Shown here: in pieces, positions 25,758-35,850 of the stretch
Layout: each line of letters opens with the position of its first letter
Numbering within the stretch: position 1 is the stretch's first letter
Assembly (NCBI GenBank): GCA_017504795.1
Contig: JAFVQM010000011.1
Coordinates: 22,842 to 86,841, forward strand
Length of the DNA: 64,000 nucleotides
Direction: 5' to 3'
From: Clostridia bacterium
GTDB lineage: Bacteria > Bacillota > Clostridia > Christensenellales > Borkfalkiaceae
The notes under the pieces: model-generated
What the model was told of the DNA's origin: nothing
The model's input: only the letters and a program-made list of their open reading frames with translations
The model's database searches: none
Translations under genes and position numbers: made by a program

Positions 25758-26570
25758 TTACACGAGCGACGGATGAAGTAACAACTCGTACGAATTACTG
25801 TTAAACCCGAACGGGCTAACGCCTATAAGTACGTTATTAAATATATTCACTTTTATCCCGTTATATATCAAAAGCCTATCAATAACGTAAAGTTCCATTT
25901 GCGAAGTTCCGCTTACCGTGTCGAAATTGATTTTTGAAATGCTTTTTTTAACGTTACTACCTTTAAGTTTTTCAAACAGCGAGTTAGAACACACTATAAT
26001 CGGCAACCCCGATTTTGTATCGTATAGCCCGTTTCCGCTATCTATAAAGCCTTTTACTATAAACTTTTTTTTATCGATAATTATAGCGCAAGTTCTTAAA
26101 AACGGGCGTAAGTTTCGCTCTTTTAATAGTTTGGTAACGGCAAGCACTACCCCTTTACTTGCAAGGTATACAAGTAGCGCGGTTACCCCTATTGGAACTA
26201 CGCTATCGTAACCAGATATAAAGTAGTTTTCATAGTCAATCATAGCAAGGTTAAATAGCGCGATTATGAACCCACCGCATAAAAAGGTAAAAAAAGTAAA
26301 TAAAAATACCGCAAAAAAGTATTTTTTTATGGATATATACTTTCCACCAACTAAGGTTATTAAAAAGGCAAGCGTTATCTTTATTATTAAAAGAAAGGTG
26401 TTATCTAGGCTAAATAGCGGTAAAATAACTGCAATAACCGTTCCTAGTAAAGATGCAAGTATTAACCTTAAAAAATTGGTTTTTACAAGCGCGCACCTAG
26501 TTGCCGTTTTTATAAGCAGATAGTTTATTATAAGGTTATCTAAAATAGCGTATTCGATATACACGGTCAT
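25758..26570 (-). CDS. spoIIGA: sigma-E processing peptidase SpoIIGA
   Basis: 270 aa. N-terminal TM helices plus a C-terminal GFIDSGN aspartic-protease motif, immediately upstream of sigE. Confidence 0.85.
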   Translation of the reverse strand: MTVYIEYAILDNLIINYLLIKTATRCALVKTNFLRLILASLLGTVIAVILPLFSLDNTFLLIIKITLAFLITLVGGKYISIKKYFFAVFLFTFFTFLCGGFIIALFNLAMIDYENYFISGYDSVVPIGVTALLVYLASKGVVLAVTKLLKERNLRPFLRTCAIIIDKKKFIVKGFIDSGNGLYDTKSGLPIIVCSNSLFEKLKGSNVKKSISKINFDTVSGTSQMELYVIDRLLIYNGIKVNIFNNVLIGVSPFGFNSNSYELLLHPSLV

Positions 26571-26597
26571 AGTGGCATTTTACTATTTTTAGGCAAT

Positions 26598-26635
26598 AAA
26601 AAAAGAGTAGTTTTTGTAAAAACTTACTCTTTTTT
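26598..26635 (-). terminator. intrinsic terminator
   Basis: aaagagta-gtttttgtaaaaact-tactcttt long hairpin flanked by A/T runs. Confidence 0.6.
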
Positions 26636-26643
26636 GACGTATT

Positions 26644-27354
26644 TTATTCTTCTATTTTGAAAGTAGTTTTCTCGTCACCAACGTTTTTCATATCTTCTGG
26701 CATAAACTTATTATCGTGCGAGTCGGCGTACTTATCTTTCCCTGCGGGAACGCCACCGTTTGAGCAGTGCTGTGCCGTAACCGTGCCGAGATTTCCTTTC
26801 ATATCGACTACAACTATTTCTCTTACCTTACAGTTGCTAGAAAAACTAAACCTTAACTGACCGTAAAAGCCGTAATCGTTAATCTTTAACCCGTCTTTTT
26901 TATCCGTTTTGTAAACTCTAAACCACCCGTCGTCACTATTTTCCTTGATTTTCGATTTAGAATACGTTATTTCGGATAGGTATTTAGACTTACCTTCCCA
27001 ACCGGTTGATAGATATATTTTTAATTCGTTATCGTAAACGTCGGATAAATTTATCCAAATTTCTTTAACGTTTTCGCTGTTTGTAGTGCCGATTTTAGTA
27101 TTTATGCAAGAATAGTGTTTTTCGCCCGTTTCTATGCTTTTTTGGATTTGAACTTGATAGTAACTGTTTGGCGTATCTTCCCCGTCGAACGAGCCGAATA
27201 TCGTAGACAATGCAAACCTATGATAAACTTTGGGGTTTGCAGGGGCAAAAGTATCAAGAACGAAAAGGCTTGCCACTAAAAATACCACTATCGCCATTAC
27301 CATAGCAAATACTTTTAGATTAAATTTTTTGGCTTTTTTAACTTGTTTTTTCAT
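26644..27354 (-). CDS. hypothetical membrane-anchored/exported protein (236 aa)
   Basis: ORF 26644..27453 trimmed to MKKQVKKAKKFNLKVFAMVMAIVVFLV (signal/anchor). Starts 1 nt after the nrdR stop. Confidence 0.55.
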   Translation of the reverse strand: MKKQVKKAKKFNLKVFAMVMAIVVFLVASLFVLDTFAPANPKVYHRFALSTIFGSFDGEDTPNSYYQVQIQKSIETGEKHYSCINTKIGTTNSENVKEIWINLSDVYDNELKIYLSTGWEGKSKYLSEITYSKSKIKENSDDGWFRVYKTDKKDGLKINDYGFYGQLRFSFSSNCKVREIVVVDMKGNLGTVTAQHCSNGGVPAGKDKYADSHDNKFMPEDMKNVGDEKTTFKIEE

Positions 27355-27355
27355 A

Positions 27356-27808
27356 TTAACCCTTTGAAAGTTTTTCAAGTTCGCGCATAAAGGTAGAAAT
27401 ATCTTTGAAAGAACGGTAAACGGATGCAAATCTAACGTATGCAACTTCGTCAATCTCTTTAAGACCGTTCATAACCATTTCGCCTATTTCTTTTGAAGTA
27501 ATTTCTTGGTCGAGCGAATTGTAAACTTGTTTTTGAATATCTTCAACTAAATTGTCAATTTTGAACATGGGAACGGGGCGCTTTTCACACGCTTTTATTA
27601 TACCGCTTTTGATTTTGCCCGCGTCAAACATCTCACGCGTACCGCCGTTTTTAATAACTAGAACGGGCGTGGTTTCGACCGTTTCGTAAGTGGTAAAACG
27701 CCTACCGCAACCTATACACTCACGCCTACGGCGTATCATAGTATTTTCGTCAGTTGACCTTGAATCTATAACTTTACTTTCAATGCAACCGCAGTACATA
27801 CACTTCAT
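27356..27808 (-). CDS. nrdR: transcriptional repressor NrdR
   Basis: MKCMYCG...zinc ribbon plus ATP-cone. Start set at MKC, which is preceded by GGGAGAG. Confidence 0.9.
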   Translation of the reverse strand: MKCMYCGCIESKVIDSRSTDENTMIRRRRECIGCGRRFTTYETVETTPVLVIKNGGTREMFDAGKIKSGIIKACEKRPVPMFKIDNLVEDIQKQVYNSLDQEITSKEIGEMVMNGLKEIDEVAYVRFASVYRSFKDISTFMRELEKLSKG

Positions 27809-27891
27809 AAAGATACTCTCCCTATATAGTCCTACTATATATTGTAACACTTTTTAATAATTTTGCAAGTATTTATATTAAATTTAGGCTT

Positions 27892-29757
27892 TTATCGTTT
27901 GTTTTTACCGCCGTTTTTAGTGGAAGATAAACTTTTTCTATAAACTTCCGTTCCCCTTATGTATTTAACCTGCCTATTTTCTTTGCCTTTTGCCTGATTT
28001 TTCTTATCTTTTTTAGGCTTTTCAAGTGAAGTTAAGGCATAGGCTTTGATAACCGCGTCTTTATTCTTTGGAAGACGGTATTGAAGTAGTGCGCGTTGCA
28101 TACTCTTTTCTTCCTTGGTTTTAGGAACGAAAACGGGTTTGAGCGTGTCTGGGTCTAAACCCGTATAATACATACACGTTGAACGAGTTGACGGCGTGGG
28201 ATAAAAGTCTTGCACCTGCTCGGGCATATAGTTTATGCTTTTTAGATAATTTGTAAGTTCAACCGCGTCCGATAGTCTACAACCTGGGTGCGACGATATT
28301 AAATACGGAACTAGAAACTGTTTTTTACCCAACTTTTCATTGAGTTTTTTATACCTTTCGGCAAACTTTTTGTACACGCTAAACGGGGGCTTGTTCATAA
28401 CCTTCAAAACCCCGTCAGCCATATGTTCGGGCGCAACTTTAAGTTGCCCTGATATATGATGCTTTACGATTTCTTCAAGTACGGTTTGGTCGGTATCGTA
28501 TAACAAATAGTCATAACGCAAGCCACTACGTATAAATACTTTTTTAACCCCGTCTATCTCGCGCGCTTTTCTAAGTAGGTTTATAAACCCAGAGTGGTCT
28601 ACTTTTAAGTTTTTACAAGGGACGTTGCCTATGCAGTATTTATCCTTGCAAACGCCTAGGCATTTTTGCTTGTCACACGCGGGCTCTCTAAAATTTGCAG
28701 ACGGGCCTGATAAATCGTGAATATATCCCTTAAAGTCTTTATCTTTTACGAGAAGTCTTATCTCGTCTAAAATACTTTCGTCACTTCGCTTTTGTATTCT
28801 TCTGCCTTGGTGGTAGTTTATAGAACAAAACGAACAACTGCCGTAGCAACCCCTATGGCTAACTACTGAAAACTTAACTTCTTCAAGCGACTTGATACCC
28901 CCTTCGCTCTCGTACATAGGGTGGTAATTTCGCTCGTAAGGTAGGGCGTAAACAAAATCCATTTCGCTCTCGGTTAGTGGATACTGCGGTAGGTTTTGAA
29001 CTACTATTTCACCACCTAATTGCTCTTGATAGATAACGCTTGCGGATATTGCATCAACGTTCCTGCTTTGTTCCTTAAAGGCTTTGGCGTATTCTAGTTT
29101 ATCACTTAAAACCGCGCTATAAGGCGGTAATTTAATATATCCTTTGTCAAGTAATGCGTTTTCTATTGACTTGTCTACCTTGATAACCGTTCCCCTAATA
29201 TTTTGCATTTTATCTATGGGAACGCCTTTTTTAAGTAGCGCGCAAATATCTAAAAACGGCTTTTCGCCCGCACCGTAAATTAAAAGGTCAGCCTTACTAT
29301 CTGTTAAAATTGATGGCATAACCCTATCGTCCCAGTAATCGTAGTGGGCAAAACGGCGAAGTGACGCTTCTACCCCACCTATAATTACGAAACTATCGGG
29401 AAACAGTCTTTTAAGCGTTTTGCTATACACCGTAACTTGCCTGTCGGGGCGCTTACCTTGTTTAGATTTTGGGGAATATACGTCCGTATCTCTTTTTCTT
29501 TTTGCAACGGTGTAGTTGTTTACCATACTGTCAACCACGCCACCTGAGACAAGGTATGAAATTTTAGGTTTTGGCAAAGCGAAATAGTCCGCATCCGATA
29601 TAGGCTGTGGAATAATGCCTATTGAAAAGCCTTGGCTTTCAATAAGCCTAGATATTACGGCGTGCCCGTAAGTTGGGTGGTCGACGTACGCGTCCGACGC
29701 GATAAGTACGAAATCGAGTTCGCCTTTTACTTCGCTTTTTTTAACGGGTAAAAACAT
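27892..29757 (-). CDS. YgiQ family radical SAM protein
   Basis: 621 aa. CYGSCSFC (Cx3Cx2C), YgiQ-type N-terminus and a basic C-terminal tail. Confidence 0.85.
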   Translation of the reverse strand: MFLPVKKSEVKGELDFVLIASDAYVDHPTYGHAVISRLIESQGFSIGIIPQPISDADYFALPKPKISYLVSGGVVDSMVNNYTVAKRKRDTDVYSPKSKQGKRPDRQVTVYSKTLKRLFPDSFVIIGGVEASLRRFAHYDYWDDRVMPSILTDSKADLLIYGAGEKPFLDICALLKKGVPIDKMQNIRGTVIKVDKSIENALLDKGYIKLPPYSAVLSDKLEYAKAFKEQSRNVDAISASVIYQEQLGGEIVVQNLPQYPLTESEMDFVYALPYERNYHPMYESEGGIKSLEEVKFSVVSHRGCYGSCSFCSINYHQGRRIQKRSDESILDEIRLLVKDKDFKGYIHDLSGPSANFREPACDKQKCLGVCKDKYCIGNVPCKNLKVDHSGFINLLRKAREIDGVKKVFIRSGLRYDYLLYDTDQTVLEEIVKHHISGQLKVAPEHMADGVLKVMNKPPFSVYKKFAERYKKLNEKLGKKQFLVPYLISSHPGCRLSDAVELTNYLKSINYMPEQVQDFYPTPSTRSTCMYYTGLDPDTLKPVFVPKTKEEKSMQRALLQYRLPKNKDAVIKAYALTSLEKPKKDKKNQAKGKENRQVKYIRGTEVYRKSLSSTKNGGKNKR

Positions 29758-29795
29758 AATGCAAAATTTTAACCTTTTATACTCATACTTTTTAT

Positions 29796-30092
29796 ATGAT
29801 AGTTTTAATTAGAATTCTTATAGCGGTTTATCTTATCGCTATAAACTTTTACGCTTTTATGCTAGTTCGAGCACAAAAGATACAGCGCATTGAAGACGGC
29901 GAAAGTAAAGTTAAAGACGGAAAGTTATTCCTAACCGGCGCAATAGGTGGCGCGCTTGGAATATTTATATCCACCTTTATTTTATCTTATAGAAAAGATA
30001 GCCTACTTTTAATGGTGGTAATGCCACTACTTTTTGCAGTTACCGCTTACTTTTTAATTCTTGGGTTTATGACCGACTTTAACTTTTTTTAA
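29796..30092 (+). CDS. small membrane protein, DUF1294-like
   Basis: 98 aa, 3 TM segments. Weak resemblance to DUF1294. Confidence 0.4.
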   Translation: MIVLIRILIAVYLIAINFYAFMLVRAQKIQRIEDGESKVKDGKLFLTGAIGGALGIFISTFILSYRKDSLLLMVVMPLLFAVTAYFLILGFMTDFNFF

Positions 30093-31908
30093 CGCTTCCG
30101 TTACTAACTAAAAAGTCCTTTATCTTTTTGGCGAGTTTTTCGCCGATACCATCAACTTTTGCAAGTTCTTCAACGCTAGCCGATATCAGCGTAGAAATGT
30201 CGCCAAACTTATCAATTAAGGCGTTTCGTTTAACCTTTCCTATCCCACCTATCTCGCTAATAAGTGATTTAAGCGTTCTTTTAGTTCTTAAATTACGGTT
30301 AAACGTTATTGCAAATCTATGCGCTTCGTCGCGTAGGCGAATTAGCATTTTTAATGCTTGGTCGCTTTTATCTAGTTTTATAGAATTACTGCTATAAAGC
30401 GTAAAAATTTCTTCTTCGCGCTCGGCAAGTGAAATAAGGTCAATGCCATCAATATTCATCTCGTCAAACACTTCTTTTACCGAAGATAATTGCCCCTTGC
30501 CACCGTCAATCACGATAAGGTCGGGCTTTTCAAACTTATCTTCGTCGTGAGTTCCAAGTTTACTAAGTCTTCTTTTCAAAACTTCTTGTAAAGACGCAAA
30601 ATCGTCGTTCCCTGCAACCGTTTTTATCTTGAAACGGCGGTAATTTTGCTTGTCGGGTTCGCCGTTTGTGAACACCACCATAGCCCCAACCTTATCAACA
30701 CCTGAAATGTGCGATATGTCAAAGCACTCCATACGGCGTGGGGTTTTTGAAAGCGATAGAAGTTTTTTAAGGCGTGAAAGCGCTAGGTCTTTAAGTTCGT
30801 GCTTTTTAACTATTTTATCTATATAGGTGTATAAATAATCGCTAGCGTTTTTCTCAGCCATTGATAAAAGTTCTTTCTTTACGCCCTTTTCGGGAACTAA
30901 AACGGCAGTTTTTTTGCTAGATAACTCGCGAATTTTTTCTATAATTAACTCGTCCACTTCCTGCGGAACGTATATCTCGCTGGGAATTTCGCGCTTTTCA
31001 TCGTAAAACCTAAGCAAAAACTCGGATAAAATCTCTTGGTCGTTTCCTGAAAAAGTTTCCGCCGAATAGTTTTTAACGCCCATTGATTTGCCGTTTCTAA
31101 CGAACAGTACGCTAATTGCCGAGAAAAGCCCGTCACTTTTAACGAAAATAAAGTCGGCTGAAACGTCACGGTTGAGCGCGGTAATTTTTCTTTCTTTTAT
31201 CTCTTGAAGTCGGCTAAGTTGCTCCTTAACGGCAAGTGCCCTTTCAAACTCTTCGTGCTCGGCAAAATTGAGCATTTTATTTTTTAGTAAATTTTCAACT
31301 TCTAAGTCGTTGCCCGATAAAAAGTCAACGGCGCTTTTTACTTCTTTAAGATATTCTTCTTTCGTGCATTTCCCCGAGCACGGCGCTAAACATAGGCCTA
31401 AATGGTAATTTAAGCACTCGCGTTTGTTTCCGCCTTTTAATATCTTGGTGCAAGGCCTAATCTTATAAGCAGTGTTTATTATATCTAAAACGTCGCTTAC
31501 CGATATTTTAAGCATATACGGGCCAAAGTATCTCGCCCCGTCTTTTTTTATTCTTCTAACAACGGTAAAGCGTGGAAATTCTTCTTTTAAGTCAACTCTA
31601 ATATAGGGGTAACTCTTATCGTCTTTAAGGAGTATATTGTACTTTGGCTTGTACTTTTTGATAAGGTTGTTTTCTAATGACAGCGCGTCCCTTTCCGTAT
31701 GGGTTAAAACGTAATAAAAATCGGCTACGTTTTGCACCATAACGGCAACCTTATTAGTCTTTAATCCGTTTCTAAAATACTGAGTTACGCGGTTTTTTAG
31801 GTTCTTTGCCTTGCCAACGTATATAACCGTGCCTTCTTCGTCAAGCATAACGTAAACGCCAGGGCTTTTTGGAAGTAATTTTACTTTACTTTCTAATACT
31901 TCTTTCAT
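30079..31908 (-). CDS. uvrC: excinuclease ABC subunit UvrC
   Basis: GIY-YIG N-terminus (GVYVMLDEEGTVIYVGKAKNLKNR) and a C-terminal (HhH)2. Confidence 0.95.
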   Translation of the reverse strand: MKEVLESKVKLLPKSPGVYVMLDEEGTVIYVGKAKNLKNRVTQYFRNGLKTNKVAVMVQNVADFYYVLTHTERDALSLENNLIKKYKPKYNILLKDDKSYPYIRVDLKEEFPRFTVVRRIKKDGARYFGPYMLKISVSDVLDIINTAYKIRPCTKILKGGNKRECLNYHLGLCLAPCSGKCTKEEYLKEVKSAVDFLSGNDLEVENLLKNKMLNFAEHEEFERALAVKEQLSRLQEIKERKITALNRDVSADFIFVKSDGLFSAISVLFVRNGKSMGVKNYSAETFSGNDQEILSEFLLRFYDEKREIPSEIYVPQEVDELIIEKIRELSSKKTAVLVPEKGVKKELLSMAEKNASDYLYTYIDKIVKKHELKDLALSRLKKLLSLSKTPRRMECFDISHISGVDKVGAMVVFTNGEPDKQNYRRFKIKTVAGNDDFASLQEVLKRRLSKLGTHDEDKFEKPDLIVIDGGKGQLSSVKEVFDEMNIDGIDLISLAEREEEIFTLYSSNSIKLDKSDQALKMLIRLRDEAHRFAITFNRNLRTKRTLKSLISEIGGIGKVKRNALIDKFGDISTLISASVEELAKVDGIGEKLAKKIKDFLVSNGSVKKS

Positions 31909-33217
31909 AGTTTAACCTATCGAGCAAAACTTCCCTTTCGTTAGGAATTTTATCAAAAGTAACGTCGAGTAATATTTTATTTAGAACTTCGCTAATTTCT
32001 TCCCCCTTAAAGCCGAAAGACTTCACGTCGTTCCCGTTGATTTTTAGGTGTTTAAGTTTGTAACACTCACCGTTATTTTCAATTTCGTCAACCTTTTTAG
32101 AAAAGTCGTTTATAAGTTCTACGCGTATCTCCGCATACGGTGAAGCGTGGGAGAGCGCGTCGCCAAGTTTTACGTCAACCAACCTTTTAATAAGCCCGTA
32201 GCCGAACGATTTAAGTAGCCTTTTAATCTCCCCGCGAGAAATTTCGGTTTTACAGTCGTGTAGCATAATTAGAGCCGAACAATTACTGATTAAAAAATTG
32301 TCCGCCTTAAAGCGTTTTAGTATTTTAACCGCCCTATCGGTGCTTTTTTTCTGGTGACCGTAGAAATGCCCAGCCCCATCTTTCCCCACCGTGTAGCACG
32401 ACGGTTTTTCTATATCGTGAAAAAGTAACGCCCACCTTACTACCCTATCTTTTTTAGATAGTGCTACGCTTTTAACGGTGTGGATATACACGTCGTACGC
32501 GTGGTAAATTGAGTTTTGAAAAAACCCGTCACACGGTTTCAGTTCGGGTATTACTTCAAAAATAATTTCTTTATAAAGGGTTAACACTCTTTCAACCCCG
32601 TCTCCAAGGAGCATTTTAGATAGTTCTTCAAAAACTCGCTCAACGGAAACCGATTTTAGTAGCGATTTGTTTTCTATCATAGCCTTTGCGGTGCTAGGCT
32701 CAATCTCAAAGTCTAACACGGAAGCAAACCGCATTGCGCGAAGAATTCTAAGCGCGTCTTCTTGAAACCTTAAAGTCGGGTTTCCCACCGCGCGAATTAT
32801 TTTGTTTTTAAGGTCGGCTCGTCCACCGTAAAGGTCAACTAAACTTTCCCCGTCGTAAGCCATGGCGTTAACGGTAAAGTCACGGCGAAGTAAGTCTTCA
32901 CTTAGATTTTTAACGAACTTAACGCTATCTGGGTGACGATTGTCTTGATATCCACCGTCCACTCTATAAGTTGTAACTTCGACGCACTCGCCACCTATAT
33001 TTACAGTCACCGTGCCGTGCTTTAAGCCGGTTAAATACACCTTATAATCTTTGAAAACTTCTTGAACTTCTTCGGGCGTGGCGCTAGTAGTAACGTCAAC
33101 GTCTAACACGGGAATACCCAGCAAACTATTGCGCACGAAACCACCCACGGCGTAACCTTCGTACCCGTGGTCTTTTAATTTGTCTATTATAGTTTTTGCG
33201 CCGATAGTTAGTTCCAT
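31886..33217 (-). CDS. cca: CCA tRNA nucleotidyltransferase
   Basis: GGFVRNSLLG...DVDV pol-beta motif and an HD-like C-terminal region. Confidence 0.85.
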   Translation of the reverse strand: MELTIGAKTIIDKLKDHGYEGYAVGGFVRNSLLGIPVLDVDVTTSATPEEVQEVFKDYKVYLTGLKHGTVTVNIGGECVEVTTYRVDGGYQDNRHPDSVKFVKNLSEDLLRRDFTVNAMAYDGESLVDLYGGRADLKNKIIRAVGNPTLRFQEDALRILRAMRFASVLDFEIEPSTAKAMIENKSLLKSVSVERVFEELSKMLLGDGVERVLTLYKEIIFEVIPELKPCDGFFQNSIYHAYDVYIHTVKSVALSKKDRVVRWALLFHDIEKPSCYTVGKDGAGHFYGHQKKSTDRAVKILKRFKADNFLISNCSALIMLHDCKTEISRGEIKRLLKSFGYGLIKRLVDVKLGDALSHASPYAEIRVELINDFSKKVDEIENNGECYKLKHLKINGNDVKSFGFKGEEISEVLNKILLDVTFDKIPNEREVLLDRLNYERSIRK

Positions 33218-34158
33218 TATAAATTCTTTGCAATCTCCGCTATTTTTCTAAATCTGTGGTTTAAGCAACTTTTAGTTAAGCCAGACATTTTTGACATTTC
33301 GTCCAGCGTACTGTCTTTATTTTCAAGGCGAAGTAACGCCGTTTCTTTTAACGGGGGAGAAAGTTTGTCAAGCCCAACCGTTTCGATAATTAAATTTATA
33401 TCCTTTACCTGCTTTATGGACGCTTCAATTTGCTTATTTATATTGCCCATATCGCAGTTACGCTTTCTATTAGTGTCGTTGTTCATAACTTTTTTAATAA
33501 TGATTTCTTTAAGTTCAAAACAACTCTTTTTTGCGCCTAGGTAGAATAAAATATCGCTAATTTCGTCACCGTTTTTGAAATAAATTACGAAACTTTCCTT
33601 TCTTTCGATAAGTTTTGGGAAAAACCCTACGCTAGATAGTAGTTCCGCCACGCAAGACGCCGTTTGATACTTAGAAAAAACGAACTCCAAGTGATAACTA
33701 GTTGAAGATTTAACCCCGTCACTAGGAACGGTTACCGAACCGCTACCCATAAACGCGCCTATTAAATACGAACGCTTACAACACTCGTTTTCGATAAGGT
33801 ACTTGTCTACCCCTAAATTTATTTGAGCACCGCCTACGCCTTCTTCGATAATGCCGAGTTCTTGTAGTATTTGCTCGCTTTTATCGTTAACTAGCGATAA
33901 ACTGTATTTAGGTTTACCTTTAAGTTTATCTTTTAATTCGTTAAAGGTGGGGCTTGCACCGTAAATCGAACTTAGTATTTTGGAAAAATAATCTATCGCT
34001 TTTTGATTTTCACTAATAATTTCAAAACCTATGCGCCCACGTTTTATAAGTAGCGTTCCCGCACCTCTAATGAACGCCGAAAGAGCCGATACTTGACAGC
34101 ACGGCTGGGAAATCTTTTTTGATATTATTTCTTCTTTTGCTTTTTCGGTAAAGGTCAT
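33217..34158 (-). CDS. whiA: DNA-binding protein WhiA
   Basis: 313 aa. LAGLIDADG-like core plus a C-terminal HTH. N-terminal ...CCQVSALSAFIR. Confidence 0.85.
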   Translation of the reverse strand: MTFTEKAKEEIISKKISQPCCQVSALSAFIRGAGTLLIKRGRIGFEIISENQKAIDYFSKILSSIYGASPTFNELKDKLKGKPKYSLSLVNDKSEQILQELGIIEEGVGGAQINLGVDKYLIENECCKRSYLIGAFMGSGSVTVPSDGVKSSTSYHLEFVFSKYQTASCVAELLSSVGFFPKLIERKESFVIYFKNGDEISDILFYLGAKKSCFELKEIIIKKVMNNDTNRKRNCDMGNINKQIEASIKQVKDINLIIETVGLDKLSPPLKETALLRLENKDSTLDEMSKMSGLTKSCLNHRFRKIAEIAKNL

Positions 34159-34931
34159 AAGTTTTTCTTCTTGTACTCGGTAAACCTAAAATAATTAGGC
34201 AACTTCCCGTCGATATTAACTATTCTATCCTTTGGAATATTTACTCTATCTATTAGGCTTTCAGCCTCGGCTATCACGCCTACGCTACTTGGAACGTGCG
34301 CGTCGCTATCAACTACGAATTTAACGTTCGTTTTTATAACTTCTTCCCACTCGCTATCTTGAAGATGAGTTTTTCTAGCGTCAATTTCAAAATAGGTGCC
34401 GTAGTCTTCACAACACCTAGCAACGTCGTACGCGTTTATGAAACAGCAGTACCCCGGGTGCGCTAAAATATCTATGGGGTTTGATTTTATAGCGTTTATA
34501 TACGCTTTGGTGTTTCTGTCAACTAGGCTTTTTGGCGGAGTTGAAAAATGCTTGTAAAACCAGTTTTTATATAGCAAATGATACCACTCGCTAAGCGCGT
34601 CGTACTTTATATATTTGTGAACGCCCGCTAAGTATATATCCATATACTCGTAGTCTAAAACGTTCATATCCGTTTTACCGCTAACGCCGAGTATATTAGA
34701 TTCCACGCCGAGTAACACTTTTACCCCCGTTTTTTCACTTGCTTTATCGCAAAGTTCTTTCATAAAAGGAACTTTTTTATGCCTTATACCGTATGCGCGA
34801 TGCCCATAGCCGTGGTCGGTTATAGCAAGAACTTTAAGCCCGCGTGCTTTCGCCTCGATAGCGTTATCTAAAATACTGCCCTTACCGTGGCTAAAAGTTG
34901 TATGAGTGTGATAATCGGCTGATAAAATCAT
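34155..34931 (-). CDS. PHP domain-containing phosphoesterase
   Basis: YHTHTTFSHG...AITDHG motifs. Confidence 0.7.
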   Translation of the reverse strand: MILSADYHTHTTFSHGKGSILDNAIEAKARGLKVLAITDHGYGHRAYGIRHKKVPFMKELCDKASEKTGVKVLLGVESNILGVSGKTDMNVLDYEYMDIYLAGVHKYIKYDALSEWYHLLYKNWFYKHFSTPPKSLVDRNTKAYINAIKSNPIDILAHPGYCCFINAYDVARCCEDYGTYFEIDARKTHLQDSEWEEVIKTNVKFVVDSDAHVPSSVGVIAEAESLIDRVNIPKDRIVNIDGKLPNYFRFTEYKKKNL

Positions 34932-35813
34932 CTAAAATTCTCCAAGGTATACTATCTCTTCAACAAGAGTAATACCACGTTTTTCGTAAACTTTTTCTTT
35001 AACTTTTTCAATAACTTTGTAAATATCTTGCGAACACGCGCGACTGCTTGCGATAATAAAGTTGGCGTGTTCTTGCGAAACTTTTGCCCCGCCTACCGAC
35101 AAGCCTTTTAGACCGCACTCGTCAATAATTTTACCTGCGTAAAACCCGTCGTTTCTAAATACTGAACCGCAACTTTTACCCCTTGGGTTTTTGCGAAAAG
35201 ATTTATACGCAGATAACTTTTCTTCAATGACGTCAGGCTCGGAAGGTTTTAGCGAAAAGCAAACCTTTATAGCCGTTTCTTTTTCGGTTAAGAATTTACT
35301 TGAACGGTATGAAAAATCGCAACCGCCCTTGCTTACTATTCCGTTTTCGGTTATAACGTAACAAACCACGTCGCCAACCGACTTTCCGTAACAACCTGCG
35401 TTCATACACACCGCTCCACCCACGGTTGACGGAATGCCCACGGCAAATTCAAGCCCACCTAACGAGTTTAGCGACATATCTTCAATTACCGTTTGCATTT
35501 TAACACCGCACTCGGCAATATATAAATTCCCTTTAATTTCTCTTTTAGTTAAATTTTTAGTATGTATAACCGCACCGCGAAACCCGTTATCGCTAACTAA
35601 AACGTTGTTGCCACCGCCTAGAATAAAATACGGGCAAACGCCTTTGACTGCGTTTATTGATTTAACTAGTTCTTCTGCCGTTTTAGGAACGATTAGTAAA
35701 TCGGCGTTGCCACCCGTTTTATACCGCGATAAAACGCCTACGTTTTGGTCCTTATAAACGGCTATGCCTTCAAGTTTTTCTATGATGAAAGCGTAACAAT
35801 TATTGTCTTTCAT
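34932..35813 (-). CDS. murB: UDP-N-acetylenolpyruvoylglucosamine reductase MurB
   Basis: FAD-binding GGGNNVL and a C-terminal MurB domain. Confidence 0.9.
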   Translation of the reverse strand: MKDNNCYAFIIEKLEGIAVYKDQNVGVLSRYKTGGNADLLIVPKTAEELVKSINAVKGVCPYFILGGGNNVLVSDNGFRGAVIHTKNLTKREIKGNLYIAECGVKMQTVIEDMSLNSLGGLEFAVGIPSTVGGAVCMNAGCYGKSVGDVVCYVITENGIVSKGGCDFSYRSSKFLTEKETAIKVCFSLKPSEPDVIEEKLSAYKSFRKNPRGKSCGSVFRNDGFYAGKIIDECGLKGLSVGGAKVSQEHANFIIASSRACSQDIYKVIEKVKEKVYEKRGITLVEEIVYLGEF

Positions 35814-35850
35814 CTTCTACCTCCTTTATTTTACTACATTTCTTGCTTTT

